A DNA stretch of 64,000 nt. Source: an uncultured Sphingorhabdus sp. GTDB lineage: Bacteria; Pseudomonadota; Alphaproteobacteria; Sphingomonadales; Sphingomonadaceae. Shown piece by piece: positions 39,911 to 49,450 of the stretch (position 1 is the first letter of the stretch; the number at the start of each line of letters is the position of its first letter). Location of the stretch: contig CAJQNR010000014.1 of the NCBI GenBank assembly GCA_905479715.1, positions 6,677-70,676 of the forward strand. The letters run 5' to 3'. Position numbers and translations under genes: made by a program. The notes under the pieces were generated by a model. The model saw only the letters and a list, made by a program, of their open reading frames with translations. It ran no database searches and was not told the origin of the DNA.

Positions 39911-40489
39911 ATGCTGTCCGAGTGGACAACCACAGGATGGGGGCAGGTAGGGCTGATCGCTCTGTCCGCCTTGGCGATGTATGTGGCGGTGATCCTGCTC
40001 ACCCGGCTGGCGGGAGTCCGGAGCTTTTCCAAAATGAGTGGCTTTGATTTTGCCGTCACGGTTGCGATCGGTTCGGTGCTGGGTTCGGTCATCCTCTCGA
40101 AAGATCCGCCGATTGCCAATGGTGTTGCTGCGCTCGTGATTCTGTTTGGACTTCAAATCGGAATGGCGGTGCTCAGAAGCCGGTTTCCCGGCCTGCAATT
40201 GCTGGCCGATAACCGGCCCCGGCTGATCATGATCGGCGGTGAAGTGCAATATGATCAGCTGAAAAAGGCAAAGATGACCGAGAGCGATCTCTGGGGGAAA
40301 TTGCGAGAGGCCAATGCCCTGAATTTTTCACAGGTGCTGGCGGTGATAGCCGAGACGACAGGCGATGTATCCGTTCTCCACGCGTCGGACCCTGATCAGG
40401 AAATCGAGCCCGAACTGTTGAAGGGCGTGATTGCCGGTGAGCGCTATCGTCATAACCGACCCCGCGCGCTGCCGTCCTGCCGCTCATGA
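39911..40489 (+). CDS. DUF421 (YetF-like) membrane protein
   Basis: G.RSFSKMSGFDFAVTVAIGS, E.TGDVSV; GGAGG RBS. Confidence 0.88.
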   Translation: MLSEWTTTGWGQVGLIALSALAMYVAVILLTRLAGVRSFSKMSGFDFAVTVAIGSVLGSVILSKDPPIANGVAALVILFGLQIGMAVLRSRFPGLQLLADNRPRLIMIGGEVQYDQLKKAKMTESDLWGKLREANALNFSQVLAVIAETTGDVSVLHASDPDQEIEPELLKGVIAGERYRHNRPRALPSCRS

Positions 40490-40561
40490 TCCACCAACAT
40501 CATTTCCGGTAGATCACGAGGGCATGTCGCTGCTTCGGCTAGCGTCGATTGAGAATGAAAT

Positions 40562-41077
40562 CTAGCGAACAGTCACCGTCACGGCCCGGCGGTTATTGCT
40601 CCAGGATTGTTCATCGGAGGCCAAGGCATCAGGGCGTTCCTTGCCATAGCTGACCACCGAAATTCTCGACAAGTTGACGCCCAGCGTTGAAAGATAGTTT
40701 TTTGCAGCGTTTGCCCGGCGTTCGCCGAGGGCAAGATTATATTCGCGGGTTCCGCGTTCGTCACAATGGCCTTCCACCCGGATACGGACGCTGGGATTGG
40801 CCACCAGCCATGCTGCCTGACTACGCAAAATTTCCTGATCTTCGCTATCGACATTGCTCCGGTCGGTGTCGAAAAATATTCTGTCGCCGGCAACATTGGC
40901 CAGAAAATCTTCCTGACTGCCTTTGATCGGACCGTCGCCGGAACTATAATAATCCGTGCTGTCTCCGGGTGCAGGCGGCAGGCCTTCCGGTGGCTTCTTG
41001 CTGCAAGCGGACAGGGACAGGGCGACAATCAACAGGGGTATCGATGCAAATTTGAGCGAAGCGGAAGCATGGGACAT
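40562..41077 (-). CDS. pal: Peptidoglycan-associated lipoprotein (no adjacent tol genes)
   Basis: Lipobox LSAC; EGHCDERGTREYNLALGERRA, SYGKERP, NRRAVT. Confidence 0.92.
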   Translation of the reverse strand: MSHASASLKFASIPLLIVALSLSACSKKPPEGLPPAPGDSTDYYSSGDGPIKGSQEDFLANVAGDRIFFDTDRSNVDSEDQEILRSQAAWLVANPSVRIRVEGHCDERGTREYNLALGERRANAAKNYLSTLGVNLSRISVVSYGKERPDALASDEQSWSNNRRAVTVTVR

Positions 41078-41312
41078 GGTATGGCCTTTTGAATGTTACC
41101 GGCGTCCTTTAGGGGCTTTCGGGTAAAGCGATTACCACGGATTTCATATGTGCCTGCCCACGGGCGAGTCATAGGAATTCCATGGTAACGGACTGATCAT
41201 GGTTGCCCTAATAAATGCAGGCCCCTTTCAGGGGCGAGTTGAACTAGAAGACGTCCCCCCTGAGATGGCGCGGCTACCCGCCCACCCCGACGCAGTCCGC
41301 GCCATCCAGGTT

Positions 41313-42002
41313 TCAATGTTCCGATTCAATGTCCAGTCGATAGCCCACGCCGGGTTCGGTCAGCAGAAATTCCGGTTGTGATGAATCAAATTCCAGCTTC
41401 TGGCGAATGAGCGCCATATAGCTGCGCAAATATTGCGTATCGACAGTGGGATCATTCCATCCGGCGAGCAGCAGCTGGCGGTGGGTCACGACCTGTCCGG
41501 CATGGCGCGCGAGCGTTTCCAGCAAATCAAATTCTTTCGGCGAAAATTTGATCTCCTCGTCCATCAAAACGACTTTTCTTTTGAGAAAATCGATCGACAA
41601 TTGGCCGGACTGGAACTCGTGGCTCTTGACCGCGTCGTTTTTCAGCCGGCGAACCGCAGCCCGGATACGCGCGAGAAGTTCCTCGATATTGAATGGTTTG
41701 TTGATGAAATCATCCGCCCCCTGATCCAGTGCGGCGACTTTTTCCGCTTCCTGATGGCGGGCAGACAGAATGAGGATCGACAAAGTGTTGAGGCTCAGCA
41801 GTTTCGCAATGATTTCCTTGCCATCGGCATCCGGCAGACCAAGATCGAGGAGGATTAAATCGAACACCGTATCTTTTGCCTTTTTCAGGGCTTCGGCAGC
41901 GGTCCCTGCAGAATCGACGCTATAGCCTTGCGCGCTCAACACCGGCTGCAGCGAGCGGATGAGAGCGGTTTCGTCATCCACCAGCAATATTCTCGCGTTC
42001 AT
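41313..42002 (-). CDS. KdpE-like OmpR-family response regulator
   Basis: LDLGLPDADG, KVAALDQGADD, GQVVTHRQLL, LLTEPGVGYR. Confidence 0.85.
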   Translation of the reverse strand: MNARILLVDDETALIRSLQPVLSAQGYSVDSAGTAAEALKKAKDTVFDLILLDLGLPDADGKEIIAKLLSLNTLSILILSARHQEAEKVAALDQGADDFINKPFNIEELLARIRAAVRRLKNDAVKSHEFQSGQLSIDFLKRKVVLMDEEIKFSPKEFDLLETLARHAGQVVTHRQLLLAGWNDPTVDTQYLRSYMALIRQKLEFDSSQPEFLLTEPGVGYRLDIESEH

Positions 42003-43561
42003 TGGTCGATACTTTCGGATCGGGAGGCGGGTGTCGGGAGTTTTACGATAATTTTTGTCCCCTTGCCCATTTCCAGGGGACTATGTGCAGAGATGCTACC
42101 GCCAAATGCCTGGGCAAATCCGGAGGCAATGGACAGGCCTAGCCCATGGCCTTCTTTGCGGACATTCTCTGCCGAGCGGTAAAATCGGTCAAAGACCCGG
42201 TTCAACTCGGAAACGGGAATCCCGCATCCCTGGTCCGATATGGCAATTTCAACCCGTCCTGCCTGCCTGTGGCCGGTAATCAGCACCGGCGCGTCCGGGG
42301 AACTATATTGAATCGCATTTTCGAGAATATTATAGAATAGCTGTTCCAGCATCACCGGATTGGCGCGCACCGTGCACGCATCGAAGGGCAGGGACCTGAT
42401 GATCTCCCGTCCGCTGTGATGCATTTTTACGGTGTTGACCGCTGAGCCGAGCATCTCGACCAAATCCAGGCTTTCCAGTTGGTCCGGCGAGATCCCGGCT
42501 TGCAGCCTGCCCAGATTGAGCAAATTGGTCGTGTAGCGGTTCAGACGTTCGCACTGGTCCTGAATGATCGTCAGCATGTCTTTGCGCGAGGCTTTTGGCA
42601 ATGTTTCTCCATAGGATGCGAGACTGGATGCGGATGCCGAGATGGCTGCAAGCGGTGTACGCATGTCATGCGAAATGGAGGAAAGCAGCGCGGTCTTGAA
42701 CTCTTCGGACCTGCGCATGGCTTCTGCTTCCGATTTTTGGTGAAGCAGGACAAAACGGTCAATTGCCATGCTCAATAGGTTCAACACAGCGGCAAAATCA
42801 ATCTTGCTTAGCCGTTCGGACTTTTGAGCATATTGGGTGGAGATCAGCACCCCGACACGGCGTTGAGATGATGACAGCAGATAGGCGATTTTCTGGTCTT
42901 GAACATGTTGCAATTCGTCCTGGTCGATTGCCTTCTGCGCCTCGGCCAACCATTGCCCTTTTCCTTCGACTGCAATCCATTGCTCATCGCTGCGCGCATA
43001 TATTTCAAATTCATCGGCGGAATCGAATATGCCCGTTCGTACGATTGCCTGGTCAATATCTTCCAGATGCATCGCCGTTTGAAGCTGATTGCTGATGTCC
43101 AGCAGCAGATTGATTTTCTGCTGGGCAATCTCTGCAGCGCGCGCCCGGTCGTTGATCCGGCCGGCCAGCGCGCCCGACAGGAGCGCACTCAAATTAAAGG
43201 CCAGCAGCGGAATATATTCGTCGGATGTGGTAACGCCAAAATCCAGCAATGGTTCGCTGAAGAAAAAATTGTAGAAAAATGAGGCGCCAATGCCTGCCAG
43301 CAAGCCGCCGCGGAGACCGTTTACGGCGCCGATAATGGTGACGGCAGAGACATAGATCAGGGCGGCGCTGACGGGGCGGTCTGCATTCTGGGCGACATAG
43401 GTTGCCAGGGTTCCGGCGATAAAAACAACCAGTCCGATGAAGAAGGAAATATAGCTTCGCGCGCTATCCGACGACAGTCGTGCCCATATCGCGGGCTTGT
43501 TATTGTACATCGGCAGATCCATCCCGGCGGCATAGCGCAAAACCTGCAAAGCTACATGCAC
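41999..43561 (-). CDS. KdpD-like sensor kinase (DUF4118 TM domain plus kinase), start uncertain
   Basis: YNFFFSEP TM motif; LLSSISHDMRTPL; NILENA.QY; DQGCGI; GLGL. Confidence 0.82.
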   Translation of the reverse strand: MHVALQVLRYAAGMDLPMYNNKPAIWARLSSDSARSYISFFIGLVVFIAGTLATYVAQNADRPVSAALIYVSAVTIIGAVNGLRGGLLAGIGASFFYNFFFSEPLLDFGVTTSDEYIPLLAFNLSALLSGALAGRINDRARAAEIAQQKINLLLDISNQLQTAMHLEDIDQAIVRTGIFDSADEFEIYARSDEQWIAVEGKGQWLAEAQKAIDQDELQHVQDQKIAYLLSSSQRRVGVLISTQYAQKSERLSKIDFAAVLNLLSMAIDRFVLLHQKSEAEAMRRSEEFKTALLSSISHDMRTPLAAISASASSLASYGETLPKASRKDMLTIIQDQCERLNRYTTNLLNLGRLQAGISPDQLESLDLVEMLGSAVNTVKMHHSGREIIRSLPFDACTVRANPVMLEQLFYNILENAIQYSSPDAPVLITGHRQAGRVEIAISDQGCGIPVSELNRVFDRFYRSAENVRKEGHGLGLSIASGFAQAFGGSISAHSPLEMGKGTKIIVKLPTPASRSESIDQ

Positions 43562-43691
43562 GGATTTTCTGTGCTGGCGACTTTTGACCGGTATCCGGTT
43601 ACGAGACGGGACAGATATGCTTTGATTGTCGCAGTCCGGCTGACCCTATTCCCTGCTTGGCCAGATCCTGCTGGCAAGCGTCGCCCAGAGA

Positions 43692-44117
43692 CTAGCCCCA
43701 GGCGGACTGGAACCGGACTTTGTCACCGACCAGATCGGCCAGGGTGAATCCGTCAAGATGGCGCAGGAAGGCTTCGACACCGTCCGCGAGAACATGGCGG
43801 AGGCCGCAAACGGGGCTGACGACACAGCCGTTGCCAGCCGGGTCAAAACATTCGACAAAGGTACCGTAATCTTCAAAGGTCCGGACGACCCGACCGATAT
43901 TGATGCTTTCGGCGGGTTGGTTGAGCAACAACCCGCCGCTGCGACCGCGGACGCTGTCGACAAATCCCTCGGCGACCAATCGCTGGGCAACCTTCATCAG
44001 ATGGTTTTTCGATATGCCATATTGCCCGGCGATTTCGGTGATCGAATGATGGCCATCATTGGCGGCCAGATACATCAGGGTGCGGAGCGCATAATCGGTG
44101 TGGACGGATAATCTCAT
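43692..44117 (-). CDS. nsrR: Rrf2-family regulator, NsrR-like
   Basis: TDYALRTLMYL, ISKNHLMK, RGRSGG; three Cys in VECF......CVVSPVCGL. Confidence 0.8.
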   Translation of the reverse strand: MRLSVHTDYALRTLMYLAANDGHHSITEIAGQYGISKNHLMKVAQRLVAEGFVDSVRGRSGGLLLNQPAESINIGRVVRTFEDYGTFVECFDPAGNGCVVSPVCGLRHVLADGVEAFLRHLDGFTLADLVGDKVRFQSAWG

Positions 44118-44119
44118 AA

Positions 44120-44185
44120 AAGATGCATATCATATATTGCTATTAATTGCCAAGCGGTATAAACAGTGCATATGAAATACACCTT
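44120..44185. promoter_or_regulatory. Two NsrR-type boxes between nsrR and the globin gene
   Basis: AAGATGCATATCATATATTGCTA (44120-44142) and ACAGTGCATATGAAATACACCTT (44163-44185) versus consensus AAGATGCATTTnAAATGCATCTT. Confidence 0.7.
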
Positions 44186-44200
44186 ATACGAGTCGAGATA

Positions 44201-44677
44201 ATGTCCGAAGCCAGCCCCGCAGCCAGCTATGCCGAACGCGCCAGAGCGAAAAAAACCGCAGAAGCCAATGCGCTTGGCATCAATGATGCGTTGATTTCAA
44301 ATCTCGTCGAAACTTTCTATGGAGCCGTTCGCAGCGACGAGCTGCTTGGTCCCATTTTCATGGCCCATGTTGCGGACTGGACGCCGCATCTCGCACGGAT
44401 GAAAGATTTCTGGGCTTCGGTAACCCTGGAATCCGGTCGTTTCCGCGGCAATCCCATGCTCAAGCATATTGCCATCGGCGGCCTCGATCGCGTGCATTTC
44501 GATCGCTGGCTGAAGATCTGGAACGAGACCCTCGATGGCGTTGCTCCCAATGATGCTGCAGCGCAGGTGTTTCGCCAGGCCGCAGCGCGGATCGCCGAAA
44601 GCCTGCTCACCGGTATCAGGGTCCAGCGCGGCGGGCTGGATGCCATTTCCAACCCAAAGGATGAACAATCATGTTGA
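44201..44677 (+). CDS. Group III truncated haemoglobin
   Basis: LVETFY..VR.DELLGPIF, W..HL..MKDFW, PM.KH, HFDRWL. Confidence 0.9.
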   Translation: MSEASPAASYAERARAKKTAEANALGINDALISNLVETFYGAVRSDELLGPIFMAHVADWTPHLARMKDFWASVTLESGRFRGNPMLKHIAIGGLDRVHFDRWLKIWNETLDGVAPNDAAAQVFRQAAARIAESLLTGIRVQRGGLDAISNPKDEQSC

Positions 44678-45114
44678 TGGATTTTCAGATGGAAGGCGGA
44701 CAAGCCGTTGCGGCTGAAATTGTCGCAGAAATGCGCGATGTGCCTGAAGCCCGGAGCGCACCGTCACATGAGATACGAACCTTTGAATTGCCCGCTTATG
44801 TCTGGCTCATAATGTTCACTTCTTATGCGGTATTTTTTTCTGCGCTTTTTGTCGCCATGGGTCACGGCGTGGCTGCGATATTCGTGTTGGTAGTCAGCAT
44901 AGCCTATGCCGTCATGTATTTTGGTACCGCTGCAGTCCTGAACAATGTCAGCGCCGCTGAACGCAAGGCCTTGCCTCCGACGGATTCGGTCGGCGGGCTG
45001 GAAACGCAAACCGGATGGATGGATAGTGGCGCCGCCAATGCCCAGATCTTGACGGTGCCAATATTGCTGGCGTTCTTTGGATGCGCCTTTGCAGTGATCC
45101 GGATTTTGGTATAA
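44671..45114 (+). CDS. Hypothetical membrane protein (about 3 TM)
   Basis: FELP..VW, hydrophobic segments, T.TG.M motif; overlaps both neighbours. Confidence 0.7.
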   Translation: MLMDFQMEGGQAVAAEIVAEMRDVPEARSAPSHEIRTFELPAYVWLIMFTSYAVFFSALFVAMGHGVAAIFVLVVSIAYAVMYFGTAAVLNNVSAAERKALPPTDSVGGLETQTGWMDSGAANAQILTVPILLAFFGCAFAVIRILV

Positions 45115-45419
45115 TGTCCGGTATGGCCAGAACCATCGCGCCTTATGGTGCCTCACCAGTATTTGATGAAACGAGTCTGCCGGATTCCCTGCGCAACAAG
45201 CACAGCACCAAAGACGGCACCTGGGGTTTGTTGCGCGTTCTGGAAGGGGAGGTGGAACTCGTTTTTATCGATCCCCCATCCCGGCATCGTGTCACTGTGG
45301 ATGATCCGGCCCCGATTCCGCCGCAGGCACCGCATTTTGTCAATGTGATCGGGCCAATGAAAATGCAGGTCGAATTTTATCATAAACATCCGCTGGGTGC
45401 GGATGATTCCTTGTCCTGA
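45114..45419 (+). CDS. DUF1971 (YeaR/TehB N-terminal-like cupin)
   Basis: FDETSLPD.L..KHSTKDGTWG.L.VLEG, I.PQ.PH.V, VEFY. Confidence 0.88.
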   Translation: MSGMARTIAPYGASPVFDETSLPDSLRNKHSTKDGTWGLLRVLEGEVELVFIDPPSRHRVTVDDPAPIPPQAPHFVNVIGPMKMQVEFYHKHPLGADDSLS

Positions 45420-45458
45420 TTTTGACCGTCTGAACCATAATGCGAGAACGCATTCCGG

Positions 45459-46028
45459 TCAGTCTGGCAGGCTTATCCAGCTACCGCCGACACAGAGCAC
45501 CGATTCAAGCGCCAGCCAGTCTGCCGCTGTGCTTTCCGTGATTCCGCCGGTGGGACAAAAAAGGCATTGGCCAAAGGGAGCGGACAGGGATTTGAGTGCC
45601 GGTATCCCGCCGCTTGCGGTCGCCGGGAAAAATTTGAAGTGGGTCAGGCCGAGGTCCAGTCCACGCATGATGTCGCCGGCAGTGGCAATGCCAGGAAGAA
45701 ACGGAATATCCGCGGCGATTGCCGCCTTGCCCAAAGCGTCGGTCAACCCGGGAGACACGATAAATTCTGCTCCGGCATCGATAGCCGCTTGCAACTGGTC
45801 GGGGTTTGTCACAGTGCCCGCTCCGACAACGGCACCCGCTACATGGCGCATTTCCGCTATGGCCTCGAGCGCGCACTCTGTCCGCAACGTGACTTCCAGA
45901 ACAGGATAGCCGCCTTGGACCAGCGCTTCGGCGATCGGCCGCGCGCGCGCAAGATCATTGATGACAAGCACCGGAATGACATTTGTTTTCCGCATTATCA
46001 TTTCGATCGGTTTGATTCCGTGGGTCAA
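45459..46028 (-). CDS. eda: KDPG/KHG aldolase
   Basis: LEVTLRT, GAGTV, FIVSPG, FKFFPA, CPTGGI. Confidence 0.95.
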   Translation of the reverse strand: MTHGIKPIEMIMRKTNVIPVLVINDLARARPIAEALVQGGYPVLEVTLRTECALEAIAEMRHVAGAVVGAGTVTNPDQLQAAIDAGAEFIVSPGLTDALGKAAIAADIPFLPGIATAGDIMRGLDLGLTHFKFFPATASGGIPALKSLSAPFGQCLFCPTGGITESTAADWLALESVLCVGGSWISLPD

Positions 46029-46996
46029 GCGCCATGCTCCTGAATATAGGCCGCCGCAGCGCCAAGCAGACCTGGTTCCGGGTGGGTGATCAGTTTTACC
46101 GAAAGGCTTTCCATCAACCCGCGATAGCGGCCTTTGGATACAAAGCGATCAGCGAAGCCCGAACTTGATATGTGATCGACCAGCCTCAGCCCCAGGCCGC
46201 CAGCCAGAACAACCGCAGTCGATCCATGTGAGAGGGCTATATCTCCGGCTACCGAGCCGAGCGCGAGGAAGAAGCGATCAAGCGCCGCGATGGCTATGCT
46301 GTCATGGCCTTCCAGTGCCATTTTCCAGAGAGATTTGTCGTCTCCGGGCGGCACTGGCCGATTTTCCATTTCCGACAATATCTCGAATATTGTCCGCAGG
46401 CCTGGCCCCGACACAACGCGTTCGACCGATACGCGTCCGTGTTTGGTGCGCAGAGCCCGGAGGATGCGATCGTCAACCGCATCCAGAGGGGCGTAGTCGC
46501 AATGCCCCGCTTCGGTCGCCAGTACTTGCGTCTGACCTTCATTGCGGATCAATGCGGCGACGCCAAGGCCGGTCCCCGGACCTATCACGCTGATCGTTCC
46601 GGATTTTGGAAGCGGGGTATCCGGTCCGGTAATATGTTTAAACTGTTCTTCCTCAACCATCGCCACGGCATGAGCCACGGCGGCGAAATCGTTGACCAGC
46701 GTATAGTGATCCACTCCCAGTTTTTCCGGAATCTGGGGAGGCCGGATGATCCATGGATTATTGGTCAGATTGATCAATTCGGCATTGATCGGAGCGGCCA
46801 CCGCGATTGCCGCGGCTCTCGGAAGCGGTCGCCCCAGAGCCTCACCAAAGATTCCCCAGGCAATCTGGAAGCTCGGGTGGTCGGCAGTTTTCAATGTGAT
46901 GGGAGGAGTCAGAGATACAATTTGGCTATTTTTGATTTCTGCGATGGCAAAGCGCGCATGGGTGCCGCCGATATCGGTTACAACAATCTCGCTCAC
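46025..46996 (-). CDS. glk: Glucokinase
   Basis: DIGGTHARFA, LTNNPW, VNDF, GPGTGLG, EAGH, ERVVSGPGL. Confidence 0.95.
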   Translation of the reverse strand: MSEIVVTDIGGTHARFAIAEIKNSQIVSLTPPITLKTADHPSFQIAWGIFGEALGRPLPRAAAIAVAAPINAELINLTNNPWIIRPPQIPEKLGVDHYTLVNDFAAVAHAVAMVEEEQFKHITGPDTPLPKSGTISVIGPGTGLGVAALIRNEGQTQVLATEAGHCDYAPLDAVDDRILRALRTKHGRVSVERVVSGPGLRTIFEILSEMENRPVPPGDDKSLWKMALEGHDSIAIAALDRFFLALGSVAGDIALSHGSTAVVLAGGLGLRLVDHISSSGFADRFVSKGRYRGLMESLSVKLITHPEPGLLGAAAAYIQEHGA

Positions 46997-46997
46997 C

Positions 46998-48818
46998 TTA
47001 TAGCCCGGCCTCGGCCAGCATCGCTGATCCGCCTTTCTCTGCCGGGTCGCTATGATGGCGCATCATCGCAAACAGTTCGCGGCCGGTCCCCAGGGTAGGT
47101 GGCGGGGCAGCGGCCTGCTCGCGGGCATCCCATGCCGCCGGATCGACCAATGCAGTGAGTTCGCCTGTCTGGGCGCAGACCCGGACCATATCACCGTCCC
47201 GGAGCTTGCCAAGCGGGCCGCCGTGGAAGGCTTCAGGCGAGATATGGATCGCCGACGGTATCTTGCCGCTGGCCCCCGACATCCGGCCATCGGTCACGAA
47301 AGCGACCTTATAGCCCTTGTCCTGCAACACACCCAGGGGAGAGGTGAGCTTGTGCAATTCCGGCATGCCATTGGCAGCCGGGCCCTGAAAGCGCACCACG
47401 ACAATGACATCGCGGTCCAGTTCGCCGGCTTTGAAAGCCGTTACGACGTCATTCTGATCATGGAATATCATCGCCGGTGCTTCGATCGTCCAGCGGCTCG
47501 GATCGACGGCACTGACCTTCATGGTCGCGCGCCCTAAATTGCCCTGCAGCAGCTTCATGCCGCCATCGGCCTGGAACGGAGATTTGACGGTGCGCAGGAT
47601 TGTTTCATCGGCCGATTGTTCAAGGGCGTCATCAAAGCGCAGCTCGCTGTCCTCCAATTTTGGCTGTTTGGCTCCGGCCGATAGCGAGCTTCCATATACG
47701 GTCATGATATCATCATGGGCGAGCCCGGCACCAATCAACTCGCGGATGACATAGGGCATGCCCCCGGCTGCGGTAAAATGGTTCACGTCGCCCGATCCAT
47801 TGGGATAGACGCTTGCGATCAGCGGCACGGCGCTGGACAGTTGATCCATATCATCCCAGTCGATCTGGATGCCGGCCGAGCGGGCAATCGCGGGCAAATG
47901 GATCACATGATTGGTCGAACCGCCGGTCGCGAGCAGGCCAACGATTGCGTTTACGATCGCTTTCTCGTCTACGCAGACCCCGAGCGGTCGGTAATTTTCG
48001 CCGCGCCAGCCATTATCTGTCACCTGGTGCGTTGCTGCCCGGGTCAGTTCCTGGCGCAATTTGGTGCCCGGATTGACGAAACTGCTGCCTGGCATGTGGA
48101 GACCCATCATCTCCATCATCATCTGGTTGCTGTTCGCGGTTCCGAAGAAAGTGCAGGTGCCGGCACCGTGATAGCTGGCGCTTTCCGCTTCGAGCAGTTC
48201 TTGCCGGCCAACTTTGCCTTGGGCGAATAGCTGGCGTACCCGCACTTTTTCCTTGTTGGCGAGGCCCGAAGGCATGGGTCCGGCGGGGATCAGGATGGTT
48301 GGCAAATGGCCGAACCTAAGCGCTCCGATCAGCAGGCCGGGTACGATCTTGTCGCAAATGCCGAGCAAGAGTGCGCCTTCAAACATGCCGTGGGACAAGG
48401 CGATTGCCGTACTCATCGCGATCACGTCGCGGCTGAACAATGACAGTTCCATACTGTCCTGTCCCTGCGTCACACCGTCACACATCGCGGGAACGCCGCC
48501 GGCAACCTGAGCGGTTGCGCCAGCTTCGCGGGCGAAAATCTTGATCTGCTCCGGATAGCGGCCATAGGGCTGATGCGCGGAGAGCATGTCGTTATAGGCG
48601 GTCACAATGCCGATATTCATCGCCTTGCCCGAACGAATAGTGCTTTTGTCATCGCCGCTGGCAGCAAAGCCATGGGCAAGATTGCCACACGACAGATTGG
48701 GCCGGTGGACGCCCTGGTCTTTTTGCCGCTCGATCAAATCCAGATAGGCCTTCCGGCTTGATGTCGACCGCGCGATGATCCGCGCTGTGACTTTTTCAAT
48801 GACAGGATGAAGGTTCAT
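46998..48818 (-). CDS. edd: Phosphogluconate dehydratase
   Basis: CGNLAHGFAA, YNDMLSAHQPY, MCDGVTQG, TDGRMSGASG. Confidence 0.97.
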   Translation of the reverse strand: MNLHPVIEKVTARIIARSTSSRKAYLDLIERQKDQGVHRPNLSCGNLAHGFAASGDDKSTIRSGKAMNIGIVTAYNDMLSAHQPYGRYPEQIKIFAREAGATAQVAGGVPAMCDGVTQGQDSMELSLFSRDVIAMSTAIALSHGMFEGALLLGICDKIVPGLLIGALRFGHLPTILIPAGPMPSGLANKEKVRVRQLFAQGKVGRQELLEAESASYHGAGTCTFFGTANSNQMMMEMMGLHMPGSSFVNPGTKLRQELTRAATHQVTDNGWRGENYRPLGVCVDEKAIVNAIVGLLATGGSTNHVIHLPAIARSAGIQIDWDDMDQLSSAVPLIASVYPNGSGDVNHFTAAGGMPYVIRELIGAGLAHDDIMTVYGSSLSAGAKQPKLEDSELRFDDALEQSADETILRTVKSPFQADGGMKLLQGNLGRATMKVSAVDPSRWTIEAPAMIFHDQNDVVTAFKAGELDRDVIVVVRFQGPAANGMPELHKLTSPLGVLQDKGYKVAFVTDGRMSGASGKIPSAIHISPEAFHGGPLGKLRDGDMVRVCAQTGELTALVDPAAWDAREQAAAPPPTLGTGRELFAMMRHHSDPAEKGGSAMLAEAGL

Positions 48819-49450
48819 GCTCGACTCCAGAATATGGTGATGGGGCAGCGCGCAGCGGCAAAAAGCCTGGCGACCGGCAGGTCGTTTTCTCCTGCAATAG
48901 CCTCATCCAGCACCCGCTTTTTGTCGCATCCACGGACGACCAGCATTATTTCCCTAGCCTGTGTCAGTGCGGCCAGATTGAGCGACAGGCGTTCAAAGGG
49001 GGCTTCGGGGGGCAGTGGGTCCGGGCAGTTGTGGATGACCGCTGCGTCGCCTCCAACGGTCGGATTCATATTGGGAAACAGAGAAGCAATATGGCCGTCG
49101 GCCCCCATGCCAAGCCAGACCAGATCAAAAACCGGCAGGGGCAGACCTTGTTCCAGTTTCACGACATGAGCGGGTGTGGCGTCAAATGCCGCCTCGAGCT
49201 TGCCCTGATTGCTTGCGGGATGATCATATGGAACAATACGGTCGTCCGTCAGCATCAGGGATACCGTGCCCCAGGGAAGGGTGCGCTTCGAAATAATATC
49301 GAAAATCGGCAGAGGCGTCCTGCCTCCCGGAACAGCGAGCCAATGATTTCCGGGTTGCTGGATGATCGCGCTGATATGGTCGGCTACTGCGTCTCCGTCG
49401 GCTTTTGCTGCCCAGCATATCGGGGCGACGATATTCTGTGCCTCATTCAT
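48815..49450 (-). CDS. pgl: 6-phosphogluconolactonase
   Basis: VPGGRTP, TDDR.V, LGMGADGHIASLFP. Confidence 0.92.
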   Translation of the reverse strand: MNEAQNIVAPICWAAKADGDAVADHISAIIQQPGNHWLAVPGGRTPLPIFDIISKRTLPWGTVSLMLTDDRIVPYDHPASNQGKLEAAFDATPAHVVKLEQGLPLPVFDLVWLGMGADGHIASLFPNMNPTVGGDAAVIHNCPDPLPPEAPFERLSLNLAALTQAREIMLVVRGCDKKRVLDEAIAGENDLPVARLFAAARCPITIFWSRA

